A DNA stretch of 25,394 nucleotides from a virus. Its lineage: Duplodnaviria; Caudoviricetes. The notes under the pieces were generated by a model. That model was not told where the DNA came from. It saw nothing but the letters and a program-made list of their open reading frames with translations, and searched no databases. The stretch covers positions 1 through 25,394 of the IMG/VR virus record IMGVR_UViG_3300037470_000149. One strand, 5' to 3'. The translations under genes were made by a program, and so were the position numbers. Positions 15,300 to 24,692 of this stretch are shown piece after piece. How positions within the stretch are numbered: position 1 is the stretch's first letter; each line of letters starts with the position of its first letter.

Positions 15300-15971
15300 A
15301 TGAGTGCGCCAATGCTCGCCATACAGAAATTCTGGACCGTTCCCAAGGAAGTTTTCGAGGACGACCCGGCCAACCCCGGCAAGAAGACCAGCCGGTGGAT
15401 CGAGGAGGACTGGGTTGCCTATGGCCCGGCCGGCTCGCTTGATCGGTCGGTCAACAAGGAGAAGGTTTCACGCCTCGCCAAGGTGCAAGTCAACGGCCAG
15501 ATGTCCAATCCCGCCGTCGCCCTGGCTAATGCCCGATGGGATGCCATTCGTCCGGCCTATGAGGCATGGAAAGCCGGCCGCGAGGCGCCCGAAGACGGCA
15601 CGCCGCTGTCGGCATGGACTACGAGCGGCATGTCGGAGACGGTCGAGGCCCTGGCTGCCCTGAACGAGGCGCATATATCGCGGCTCGCAATTCCCGGTCT
15701 TCGCGGCTTCATCCAGTCGGCGCAGCGTTTCGTGGCCTCGGCGGACTCCCGCTCGTTTGCGGAAAACCTTGCTGAGAAGGAGCGTGAGATACACGCCCAG
15801 CAGGCCCGCATGGACGATGTGGTCGAACAGAACAAGCTGCTGGCCCAACGGATCGACGAGATGGCTACAATGATCGCGTCGCAACAGGCGGTGAAGGCGG
15901 AGCCTAAACGCGGGCCGGGCCGTCCCCGCAAGGAAGCGGCGGACGCCGAGAACGAGAGTGAGGCCGCCTGA
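15300..15971 (+). CDS. Conserved-type phage protein of unknown function
   Basis: SD AGGAG; YEAWKAG..GTPLSAW..TVEALAAL motifs, a coiled coil, and a KRGPGRPRK (AT-hook-like) tail. Confidence 0.75.
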   Translation: MSAPMLAIQKFWTVPKEVFEDDPANPGKKTSRWIEEDWVAYGPAGSLDRSVNKEKVSRLAKVQVNGQMSNPAVALANARWDAIRPAYEAWKAGREAPEDGTPLSAWTTSGMSETVEALAALNEAHISRLAIPGLRGFIQSAQRFVASADSRSFAENLAEKEREIHAQQARMDDVVEQNKLLAQRIDEMATMIASQQAVKAEPKRGPGRPRKEAADAENESEAA

Positions 15972-16672
15972 TGACCTTGCTCACGCTTGTCGAGAACGCA
16001 GCCATTGACCTGAGCCTCCCGGTTCCAACCGTCGTTGTGACGGGAACGGACCCGGAGGTCAGGCTGTTCCTGCGTTGTGCTCAGGAGGAAGGCCGGTCAC
16101 TTGCCGGCCGTCACCCTTGGCAGGCGATGACGAGCGAGCATACCTTCACGACGGTTGCGGCCGACGAACAGACGAGTTCCATCCCGTCCGACTTCGACCG
16201 CATCATACCGGAGACCATGTTCAACCGTGATCGGACCCGCATCGTCTGGGGGCCGATCACGGCAATGGAATGGCAGCAGTTCAAGGCCACGCTGGTCACA
16301 CGGGTCGATCCGGCGTTCCGCATCCGCGGCGATACCATCCTGATCACGCCGGAACCTGAAGCCGGCGAGACCGTGGCCTATGAGTATATCAGCAAGAACT
16401 GGTGTGAATCGTCGGGTGGCACGGGGCAGAGTGCATGGGCCGCCGATACTGACGTTGCCAAGCTGAACGAAAGCGCCATGACGCTCGGCGTGGTGTGGCG
16501 GTGGCGCAGGGCCAAGGGGGTGGAGTTCTCTTCTGCCGAGCGCGACTATGAGCGCATCGTGGCCGACCTGATCATGCGGGATGGTGCCCGGCCGCGTATT
16601 TCGGCTGCCCAGGTGCCGCGTGAGCGGATCCCCGTTGCCCCGTGGACGCCTGAGACGCTTGAGGGGCTGTAA
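15971..16672 (+). CDS. Head-to-tail adaptor (tail tubular protein A / P22 gp4 position)
   Basis: MTLLTLV start, HPWQAM, PSDFDR and YEYISKNW motifs; TGATG coupling; gene order. Confidence 0.7.
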   Translation: MTLLTLVENAAIDLSLPVPTVVVTGTDPEVRLFLRCAQEEGRSLAGRHPWQAMTSEHTFTTVAADEQTSSIPSDFDRIIPETMFNRDRTRIVWGPITAMEWQQFKATLVTRVDPAFRIRGDTILITPEPEAGETVAYEYISKNWCESSGGTGQSAWAADTDVAKLNESAMTLGVVWRWRRAKGVEFSSAERDYERIVADLIMRDGARPRISAAQVPRERIPVAPWTPETLEGL

Positions 16673-18279
16673 TGTTTCAGGGCCTCGCTCAGGCATATCG
16701 CGGCGGGGGTGGCGTCGGCCGGCCCACATCGAACATCGTAAGCCTGCCGCCGCCTATCGGGGGCTGGAATGCCCGCGATGCCGTTACCGAGATTTCGGCC
16801 GTGACGACGAACTATGGCGCGGCCGAAGCGATAGTGCTGGACAACTGGATGCCGACCATCGGCGGGGTGCGCATCCGTAAGGGCTTCGCCGAGCATGTGA
16901 CCGGACTGACCGGCGACTACGTAGAATCCCTGATGTCGTATCATCCGGCTTCGGGAACGGCCAAGCTGTTTGCCGCAACGCCGACACGCATGTATGACGT
17001 GACGACATCCGGCTCGCCGGTTGTGCGCGATGACGGCGAGGCTGAGCCGGCAGAACTAGTGTTCTCCAACGGTCGGTGGAGCCATGTGAACTTCTCCACC
17101 CCGGCCGTGAAAGTGTTGTATATCTGCAACGGTGAGGATGCGCCGGAATATTATGACGGCTCGACCTGGACCACCAGCACCTTCACCGGCTCCGGGCTTA
17201 CACTCACCGACCTAGATTACGTTCACGCCCATCTGTTCCGGCTGTGGTTCATCGAAAAGAACACGCTCAACGCCTGGTATGGGCCGACAGCAGCGGTCGC
17301 GGGCACGCTGAACAAGCTCGACCTCAGCGCCCTGTGCCGTAAGGGCGGGCGCCTGGTGGCAATCGGCTCATGGACCCGCGACGGCGGCGCCGGGCCGGAC
17401 GACTATCTGATATTCGTCACCTCCGAAGGCGAGGTCGTGATGTGGGCCGGGACGGACCCGACCACAGTCACGGGCAGCGCATTGATCGGCGTCTACCCGC
17501 TACCACGCCCGGTCGGCGCGAGATGCCTGCTGCCGCTGGGGGGCGATCTGGCGCTGCTGACGGAACACGGGCTGTTGTCGCTGAGCGGTGTTCTCGCCCT
17601 GAGCGCATCGGCTGCGAAGCTGTCATCGGTGACGGACAAGATTTCGGGCGCGTTTCACGAGGCGTTCCATGGCGGCAATAGTGCCTTTGGCTGGCAGCCC
17701 ATCGAATATGCGCATGACCTGATCGCTATCATCAATGTGCCGGTCATCGAGCGGGACACGCAGCATCAGTACGTTATGAACACGCAGACCGGGGCATGGT
17801 GCCGCTTGAAGGGCATGGACGCCGGCTGCTGGGCGATCTTCGGGCATGACCTGTACTTCGGCGGCAATGACGGCACGGTGCAGAAGTACGGCGGCCAGTA
17901 CACCGACAACGGCGATCCAATCGATGCGGTGGTGCAGACGGCGTTTTCGACCTTCAAACAGCCCGGTATCAAGGCGTTCCGGGCCGCTAGGCCACTATTC
18001 GCCGGCCCGCCGTCATTCCTGCCGAAAGTAGAGATGCGGCTGGACTACGATACCCAGGCGTCATCGGTAACACCGATATTCGTGGCCGGGCAAGGCGCGA
18101 CATGGGATGAGGAGTTCTGGGACGCGGCCGACTGGGACAGCGGCGTCGTGCCGGTGGTGACGTGGCAAGCGGTATACGGTGCCGGGATCGCCGGTTCGGT
18201 TGCGTTCGCCATCAGCGCGGCAACCGATCTGGTCTACAACGGGGTTGACGTGATGTATGAGCCTGGGGGGCCGTTATGA
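16672..18279 (+). CDS. Tail nozzle / head-closure protein (tail tubular protein B / P22 gp10 position)
   Basis: 535 aa, beta-rich; PPIGGWNARD start and NTQTGAWC..LYFGG motifs; TAATG coupling. Confidence 0.75.
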   Translation: MFQGLAQAYRGGGGVGRPTSNIVSLPPPIGGWNARDAVTEISAVTTNYGAAEAIVLDNWMPTIGGVRIRKGFAEHVTGLTGDYVESLMSYHPASGTAKLFAATPTRMYDVTTSGSPVVRDDGEAEPAELVFSNGRWSHVNFSTPAVKVLYICNGEDAPEYYDGSTWTTSTFTGSGLTLTDLDYVHAHLFRLWFIEKNTLNAWYGPTAAVAGTLNKLDLSALCRKGGRLVAIGSWTRDGGAGPDDYLIFVTSEGEVVMWAGTDPTTVTGSALIGVYPLPRPVGARCLLPLGGDLALLTEHGLLSLSGVLALSASAAKLSSVTDKISGAFHEAFHGGNSAFGWQPIEYAHDLIAIINVPVIERDTQHQYVMNTQTGAWCRLKGMDAGCWAIFGHDLYFGGNDGTVQKYGGQYTDNGDPIDAVVQTAFSTFKQPGIKAFRAARPLFAGPPSFLPKVEMRLDYDTQASSVTPIFVAGQGATWDEEFWDAADWDSGVVPVVTWQAVYGAGIAGSVAFAISAATDLVYNGVDVMYEPGGPL

Positions 18280-18557
18280 ACATTTTAGGGCAGCAGCTTC
18301 AGGGCCTGGCACTACAAGGACTAGGGCAAAGTCAGTTTCTGAATCATGCCATCAACACTGAATGCAGGAGATATCTATTGCGCAACGTTTTCATCGTGTC
18401 GCTGGATTATGGCGATCAGCAGGTGCCGAAGTTCGTCACAGAAACGCGCGAAGAGGCAGAGGCAGCAATCTGCTTTCTTTGCGGTGCGTCGGATTCATCC
18501 ACCTATGTTATAACGGAAGTGCAGGTCCGGCGAGGCTTCACGGCCGAGGGCGAATAA
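18276..18557 (+). CDS. Hypothetical protein, 93 aa
   Basis: ATGA and TAATG overlaps on both sides; visibly lower GC. Confidence 0.65.
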   Translation: MNILGQQLQGLALQGLGQSQFLNHAINTECRRYLLRNVFIVSLDYGDQQVPKFVTETREEAEAAICFLCGASDSSTYVITEVQVRRGFTAEGE

Positions 18558-19063
18558 TGAACGGGCCTGTCATGGTGGGGCCGGTCCTGTTCGGGGCCGA
18601 CGACATGGTTGCGGCCTTCGTCAAGGCCCGCATTCCGCACATGCAGAATTCCGATTTCGGCCAGTTCACCGCGCTCGGCGTGGTGCGCGACGGAACCCTG
18701 CTCGGCGGGGTGGTGTACAACAATTACAACCACCACGACATCCATGCGAGCTATGCCTTCGACTCGCCGAAATGGTGCACGCGCTCGGTTCTGCGAACCC
18801 TGTTCGCCTATCCGTTCAAGCAACTGGGCTGCGTCCGCATGACGGCGATCATCGGTCGAAAAAACAAGCACGCCCGCAAGATGATCGACCGACTTGGCTT
18901 CAAGCTGGAAGGCACCTGTCGCAAGGCGGCTGACGGGCATACCGACGCGATGATTTATGGCCTTCTCGCCCGCGAGTGCAAATGGTTCCAGCCGGGAGAT
19001 GCTGTCAGCCATCCGGCGCCTCGGCTCGCCGCCGCCACGCAATACCACGCCACCGTTCAATAG
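18557..19063 (+). CDS. GNAT-family acetyltransferase-like protein
   Basis: FAYPFKQLGCVR...NKHARKMIDRLGFKLEG..R..YGLL; start at the TAATG overlap (18557). Confidence 0.8.
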   Translation: MNGPVMVGPVLFGADDMVAAFVKARIPHMQNSDFGQFTALGVVRDGTLLGGVVYNNYNHHDIHASYAFDSPKWCTRSVLRTLFAYPFKQLGCVRMTAIIGRKNKHARKMIDRLGFKLEGTCRKAADGHTDAMIYGLLARECKWFQPGDAVSHPAPRLAAATQYHATVQ

Positions 19064-19072
19064 GAGCGCCAA

Positions 19073-20653
19073 GTGGGTAAGAAAAACTCAAAGCCGCCTC
19101 CAGCGCCTGATCCGCGCGCTGTCGCGCAGGCGCAGACCGGGAGCAACGTAGGGACCGCCATCGCTAACGCATGGCTGGGCAACGCCAACGAATACACCCC
19201 CTATGGCGGCATAAACTACAACCAGACCGGCACACAGCAGATCACGGTCGACGGCCAGACCTACGACATTCCGCAATTCGAGCGCGTGCAATGGCTCGAC
19301 CCGACCGAGCAGGGATTGCTGGACCAGCAGCGGATGCTGGGCTACGGCATGAACAACTTGGCCGCCAACCAGGTCGGCCGGCTCGACCAGCACCTCGGCA
19401 CGCCCATCAGCGGGGAGAGCATCTGGCCGCAGCGCGTCACCGACGTGCCGAATGCGCCGCAGTTCGAGGGTGCCGTGCAGGGGCCGGGGCTGTACGGCGT
19501 CAATCTTGGCCGGATGAGCGATACCGTTGGCAATGATCTGCAGTACGGCGTAGACATGAATGATCCGCGTACTTGGTTCGGCCAGTCGTGGGACATCCAG
19601 CGCAGCATCGGGCCGACCGATTATTCCGAGGACCGCCAGCGTGTCGAGGAAGCGCTGCTGTCGCGCATGAACCCTGACCTGCAGCGGGACCGGGAACAGC
19701 TCGAAACGACGCTGATGAATCAGGGCTTCACGCGCGGATCGGAAGCGTTCAACCAGGCCATGGACGAGATGACCCGGCAGACCAATGACGCCCGCATGGG
19801 CGCGATCCTTGCCGGTGGGCAGGAACAGTCGCGGCTTGCCCAGTTGGCGCTGCAAAGCGGATCGTTCGCCAACCAGGCGCAGCAGCAGCAGTACGGCCAG
19901 GCCCTCGGTCGAGGCCAGTTCTACAACCAGGCTACCGACCAGTTGAACGCGGCCCGGCTCGCGCAGGGCCAGTTCGCCAATGCCGCGCAAGGGCAAGCCT
20001 TCCAGCAGGACGCGGCCCGGACCGGCCTCAATCAGGAGGCCATGCTTGGCGAGACGGGCTTCAACAACCAGAACCTGCAGCAGATGTGGCAGAACGCCAT
20101 GGCCGGAACGACATACAACAACCAGATGGGCCAGATGTCCTTCGGCAACCAGATGCAGCAGGTCGAGTACCAGAATGCGTTGCGTGAACGGGCCATCCAG
20201 GAAGAGCTGGCGATGCGCAACCAGCCCATCAATGAGATCACGGCACTGATGTCCGGCGGGCAAGTGAATGTGCCGCAGTTCCAGGGCTACAACGCCCCGC
20301 AGATGCAGGCGGCCCCTGTCGGGGACTATATGTACCAGTCCGCGGCCATGGATCAGAACGCTTGGGCGCAGCAGCAGCAGGCCCGGTCAAGCATGTTGGG
20401 CGGACTGTTCGATCTCGGCGGCATGGCGGCTTACGGGTACTTTACGTCCGACCGCCGCCTGAAGCGCAACATCGAGCGGCTAGGGATCAAGGCCAACGGG
20501 CTCGATGTCTACAGCTACCGCTATCGCTGGGATAATGACAACGTGCGCCGCGTCGGCGTGATGGCGGACGAGGTTAAGCGGGTCAAGCCGGCGGCGGTAA
20601 CGAGCCTTGGCGGCTACGATACGGTGGACTACGGCCTGGCGATGGTGGCATAA
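19073..20653 (+). CDS. Gln/Asn-rich internal virion (ejection) protein with C-terminal peptidase S74-type autocleaving chaperone domain
   Basis: SD AGGAG and GTG start; MGKK..PPPAPDP start; SDRRLKRNI...YRY..GVMADEV..P.AV..VDYG from 20447. Confidence 0.75.
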   Translation: MGKKNSKPPPAPDPRAVAQAQTGSNVGTAIANAWLGNANEYTPYGGINYNQTGTQQITVDGQTYDIPQFERVQWLDPTEQGLLDQQRMLGYGMNNLAANQVGRLDQHLGTPISGESIWPQRVTDVPNAPQFEGAVQGPGLYGVNLGRMSDTVGNDLQYGVDMNDPRTWFGQSWDIQRSIGPTDYSEDRQRVEEALLSRMNPDLQRDREQLETTLMNQGFTRGSEAFNQAMDEMTRQTNDARMGAILAGGQEQSRLAQLALQSGSFANQAQQQQYGQALGRGQFYNQATDQLNAARLAQGQFANAAQGQAFQQDAARTGLNQEAMLGETGFNNQNLQQMWQNAMAGTTYNNQMGQMSFGNQMQQVEYQNALRERAIQEELAMRNQPINEITALMSGGQVNVPQFQGYNAPQMQAAPVGDYMYQSAAMDQNAWAQQQQARSSMLGGLFDLGGMAAYGYFTSDRRLKRNIERLGIKANGLDVYSYRYRWDNDNVRRVGVMADEVKRVKPAAVTSLGGYDTVDYGLAMVA

Positions 20654-23100
20654 TGGCACGCAACACCAATCTGCTCGCAATGGCGTTGGCTTCTCCGAAG
20701 CGGGAGCGCGATGCCGCGCCGCGTTCGACGAAGCGTGACGATCTGATCCGTGCGCTCATGGCTAAGACGGCGTTCTCCGGTGGTCCGGTGCATTCCATCG
20801 GCGAGGGTCTGGCGAAGGTCGGCCAGATGGCGCTCATGGGGCACCTTGAGAGCCGTGACGCCCGCCGGGAGCAGGCCGAGCGAACAGCCTCGGCCGATGC
20901 GCTAGGCTTGGCGACCGAGGGCCAAAGGCTTGGCGCTGTGCTCAGCGGCGACGGCCCGACGAATATCGTGCCTGCCGGTGGTTCGTTCGTCGACAAGGTG
21001 GTGTCGGTCGAGAGCGGCGGTGACCCCTATGCCAAGAACCCCAATTCGTCCGCCACCGGGCCGGGCCAGTTCATCGAAAGCACATGGCTTGAGACCATCG
21101 GCGAGCATCGCCCGGACCTTGCCGAGGGCCGGTCCCGTGATGATATTCTGGCGCTGCGCACCGACCCGGCCATATCGCGCGAGATGACCAGCGCCTATGG
21201 CAACCAGAACGCGCAATATCTCGAAAGCCGCGGCCTGCCGGTCAATGAAGGGTCGACATACCTAGCGCATTTCGCCGGGCCTCGCGGCGCGGCCAGTATC
21301 CTGCGGGCCGCTCCCGAGACGCCGATTGAGCAGATCATGGCGCCGGAAGCGATCATGGCAAATCCGTTCCTTCGCGGCATGACGGCCGGCGACGTGCAGA
21401 ACTGGGCGGCGAGCAAGATGGGCGGAACAACGCAGACTGCCAAGCGCAGCCCTGCCGAGAACGTGCTCGACGCCGATCCAGCCACGCCCATTGACGCCAT
21501 CGTAGGGCGCGACATGGTTGAGGCCAATCCGTTCCTGCAGGGCATGACGGCGGGCGAGGTGCAGAACTTGGTTCCGCAGTTCATGGGCGCCGACAGGCAA
21601 TCGCCCGATGGCTCGGTGATCGAGCCGGCCGGCATCCGCGTCGGCGAGCCGCAGCGTCTGTCTCCCGTCGCACCGGAGACGAGGGAGCGCGTCATCGGCC
21701 AGGAAGTGCCCGTACAGCCGCAAACGCCCATGTCGGCCCCTGTACAGCCTCCGCAGCCTTCCGCCGTTCCTGAGCCTCCTGTGGCCGCTGAGGCGCCTAA
21801 TCTACGCCAGGCCCTCGGTCCCCACGTCGGCGGGGCCGGTGGTTCTTATCTCGACATGGCGCGGCAGTACGGCCAGACCGGCCAGTTGCCCGACATGCGC
21901 GGCATGACGCAACAGGGCGGCCCCAGCGCCCCGCCCCCGCCGCGCCCGGAGACCATTGCGCCTGGCACGGCACCGCAGGCAGCGCCAGTTGCGGCAGCGC
22001 CAGAACCATCCGGCCAGCAGGCAGCACAGCCGCGCACCCCGGCGCAAGTCGTCGAACAGGGTTTTGCATTGCTCGAAGGCATCCCCCGCGATGAACAGTT
22101 GATGCTGCGGCATATGGTCGTGACCGGCCAGGTATCGATGCCCGAGGCGATTGACTACCTGCAGAAGCGCCAGGAGGCGATGCGGCCCGACTACGCCTAT
22201 GAGAAGATGGACGACGGCACGCTGGTGCAGATCGACAAGCGCACCGGGCAGGCGCAGCCGATTTACGAAGGCGGTCAAAAGCCGACCGGCACGATGCAGG
22301 AATACGAGGCGGCAAAGCAGCAGGGCTACCAGGGGTCGTTCTTCGACTACCAGCGCGATCTGAAACAGGCCGGCACGTCTAAGACGGTGGGCGCCCCCCA
22401 GGCGGGTTATCGCTATGAGTACGATGAACGGGGAAATCCGGTTCAGGCCGTGCCAATACCAGGCAGCCCGGCGGCCATGGAAGCTGAAGCGGCACAGCAA
22501 CAGGCCATCATGCGCGACCAGCAAAAGGACCGCTATAACGACATTGTGATTTCCAATCTCGACACGGCAATCAACCGCCTGACGAATTCTAATATGCCGC
22601 TGGCCGGAGTTGGCTCGTGGGCAGCCGATATTCCAGGAACGCCGCAGCGCGATTTGGCCGGCAATTTGGCAACCATTAAAGCAAACATCGGCTTTGACCG
22701 CTTGCAGGAAATGCGGGAAATGTCCCCTACAGGTGGCGCTCTTGGCCAAGTGTCCAATTTGGAGAACCAACTGTTGCAGGCTACAAGGGGAAATCTGGAG
22801 CAGTCGCAAAGTCGAGAGCAGTTGCTGAACAACGCTGTGATGCTCAGAAATCAGTATCTCGATACGATCCACGGCACGCCAGAGGAAATCGCCGAGTTGG
22901 TGCGACAGGGGCTCGTTTCGCCAGAACAGGCGGCGAAATTGAGTGAGCGCACCCCGCTACCCTTCGATGACTTCGGCAACCCGATTGGTGAGCAGAGTGC
23001 TCAGCCGGAGCAGGACATCGCGCCCGGTACAACCGCCATCAACCCGCAGACCGGCGAACGCATCCGGTGGAACGGCAGCGATTGGGAGAGGGTTCAGTAA
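20653..23100 (+). CDS. Internal virion (ejection) protein with lytic transglycosylase-like domain
   Basis: VESGG (Glu at 21010)..NPNSSATGPGQFIESTW..YLAHFAGP; Pro-rich linker; C-terminal NPQTGERIRWNGSDW. Confidence 0.8.
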   Translation: MARNTNLLAMALASPKRERDAAPRSTKRDDLIRALMAKTAFSGGPVHSIGEGLAKVGQMALMGHLESRDARREQAERTASADALGLATEGQRLGAVLSGDGPTNIVPAGGSFVDKVVSVESGGDPYAKNPNSSATGPGQFIESTWLETIGEHRPDLAEGRSRDDILALRTDPAISREMTSAYGNQNAQYLESRGLPVNEGSTYLAHFAGPRGAASILRAAPETPIEQIMAPEAIMANPFLRGMTAGDVQNWAASKMGGTTQTAKRSPAENVLDADPATPIDAIVGRDMVEANPFLQGMTAGEVQNLVPQFMGADRQSPDGSVIEPAGIRVGEPQRLSPVAPETRERVIGQEVPVQPQTPMSAPVQPPQPSAVPEPPVAAEAPNLRQALGPHVGGAGGSYLDMARQYGQTGQLPDMRGMTQQGGPSAPPPPRPETIAPGTAPQAAPVAAAPEPSGQQAAQPRTPAQVVEQGFALLEGIPRDEQLMLRHMVVTGQVSMPEAIDYLQKRQEAMRPDYAYEKMDDGTLVQIDKRTGQAQPIYEGGQKPTGTMQEYEAAKQQGYQGSFFDYQRDLKQAGTSKTVGAPQAGYRYEYDERGNPVQAVPIPGSPAAMEAEAAQQQAIMRDQQKDRYNDIVISNLDTAINRLTNSNMPLAGVGSWAADIPGTPQRDLAGNLATIKANIGFDRLQEMREMSPTGGALGQVSNLENQLLQATRGNLEQSQSREQLLNNAVMLRNQYLDTIHGTPEEIAELVRQGLVSPEQAAKLSERTPLPFDDFGNPIGEQSAQPEQDIAPGTTAINPQTGERIRWNGSDWERVQ

Positions 23101-24431
23101 TGCCGCAACTCCCGCCCGGTTTCGTCTTGGAGAATAGTCCGGCCAAGCCATCACTGCCGTCGGGATTCGAGCTGGAGCGGCAGGAGCCGTACAGCGGCAC
23201 CATTCTGCCGTTCAGCCGTGACGAACAGGGCAACGTGTCGTTTGACAGCAATGCTGGACTGTTCGGCCTTGCCAAGGACATTTTCGGTTCGGCCAAAAGC
23301 GCGGCCACGCTTCCGGGCGATGTGTTCACAGGTAAGGTCGACCCGCTGAGCGACGAAGCCATTGGGCGGGCGGTCGAGTTTTCAGCGTTTGCGTCTCCGC
23401 TCAACCCCGGCATCAGGGCCGGTGATACGGCAATTCCCGGTTTGGCTAAGGCCTTGCGTCAATCCCAAGCGGCAGCACCATCCGGGCAGGCGCTGGTAAA
23501 GGAAGGTGGGGCGGGCCTCAAGGAAGTGCGGAGGATGGGTGTTGATTATGACGCCGCCGCCGTGCAAGATGTAGCGGATGCTATCCGGTCGGAATTGTAC
23601 GAAGCGGGATTCCGTGAGCAGACCGCCAAAACGACTCACAATCTCCTCAACGACCTTGCCAACCCGCCCGAAGGCGGCATCGCAACCGCAGCGGACATTA
23701 TGGCAGCCCGCCAAGCGTTCAGGCAGGCTGCAAAGGAACGCGGCGCAGACTTCGAGCCGACCCCCGACGCTGCGGCAGCCATGCGGGTCATTGAGGGACT
23801 GGATAGATTTCTTGCAGAGCCTCCTCCTGGGTCGGTCCTTCGCGGCCCCGCCGATGCAGTATCCGAAAGCCTCAAGCGAGCGAATGCAAATTATGCGGCC
23901 GGGAAGCGTTCCGGTAGACTTACAGGTGTTGGGGACAAAGCCGAGCGACGAGCCGAGGCATCTAACTCAGGACAAAACATCGACAACACTATCCGCCAGC
24001 GCATCGCATCTCTCCTTGAGAGCCCCAAGAAAACAGCCGGATTCGATAAAGCGGAACTAGATGAGCTGGAGGAGGTTGTGCGGGGAACATTCATCCGCAA
24101 TCGGGCGCGTGGTGTTGGCAACCTGCTGGGCGGAGGTGGCGGTCTTGGGCGGCTCCTGACGGGAGGCGCGGGTGCTATGGTGGGGGGTGCTGCCGGTGGC
24201 GTAGCCGGTGGTGGCATCGGAGCCGTGGCACTCCCGGCACTAGGTATATCGGTCAAGGCCCTCGCCAACGCCCTTACCAAACGGTCTCTCGGCAAGGCTG
24301 ACGAGATGGTCCGAAAGCGATCTCCCCTTTATCAGGAGATGCAGCAGGCCATGCCGCTTGAGGCGATCAGCCCGGAGAAGCGTGCCGCGCTTATTCGCGC
24401 TCTGCTCCTGTCGCAGGGCGATCAGCAGTAG
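23100..24431 (+). CDS. Putative internal virion (ejection) protein
   Basis: TAATG-coupled start MPQLPPGFVLE; Ala/Gly-rich helical body with a Gly-zipper hydrophobic segment near the C-terminus. Confidence 0.7.
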   Translation: MPQLPPGFVLENSPAKPSLPSGFELERQEPYSGTILPFSRDEQGNVSFDSNAGLFGLAKDIFGSAKSAATLPGDVFTGKVDPLSDEAIGRAVEFSAFASPLNPGIRAGDTAIPGLAKALRQSQAAAPSGQALVKEGGAGLKEVRRMGVDYDAAAVQDVADAIRSELYEAGFREQTAKTTHNLLNDLANPPEGGIATAADIMAARQAFRQAAKERGADFEPTPDAAAAMRVIEGLDRFLAEPPPGSVLRGPADAVSESLKRANANYAAGKRSGRLTGVGDKAERRAEASNSGQNIDNTIRQRIASLLESPKKTAGFDKAELDELEEVVRGTFIRNRARGVGNLLGGGGGLGRLLTGGAGAMVGGAAGGVAGGGIGAVALPALGISVKALANALTKRSLGKADEMVRKRSPLYQEMQQAMPLEAISPEKRAALIRALLLSQGDQQ

Positions 24432-24606
24432 GCTCCGGCGGCCACGGCGTCCGACAAATGTAGTCGTCGTAAGGATCATCTCGGCTGGCACCGTCGCCGC
24501 TGGCATACATCCGATCCCGAATATCTGACAGGATGCCCTGAATGTGGTGGAGCTTCATAAAGATGCTCACCACCCCGGCAAAGATGAAAACGACGATCCA
24601 TTCCAT
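24391..24606 (-). CDS. Small antisense membrane-anchored moron protein (71 aa)
   Basis: N-terminal hydrophobic segment MEWIVVFIFAGVVSIFM; candidate promoter TTGTTG-N17-TATGTT at 24641 to 24613. Confidence 0.55.
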   Translation of the reverse strand: MEWIVVFIFAGVVSIFMKLHHIQGILSDIRDRMYASGDGASRDDPYDDYICRTPWPPEPTADRPATGAERE

Positions 24607-24639
24607 CCTCTGAACATAAGTCACATTCCCCTCCGCAAC

Positions 24640-24664
24640 AAGGCCGCCTTCTGGCGGCTTTTTT
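24640..24664 (+). terminator. Rho-independent terminator AAGGCCGCC-TTCT-GGCGGCTTTTTT
   Basis: GC stem followed by T6. Confidence 0.75.
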
Positions 24665-24692
24665 CATGCCTGCAACCCCGAAAGGAACCGCC

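Noticed and set aside
9079-22872. Long antisense ORFs (9079-10125, 13682-14659, 19088-20263, 21802-22872 and similar)
   Set aside because: They mirror well-supported + strand genes in GC-rich DNA and show no recognisable motifs; treated as shadow ORFs.
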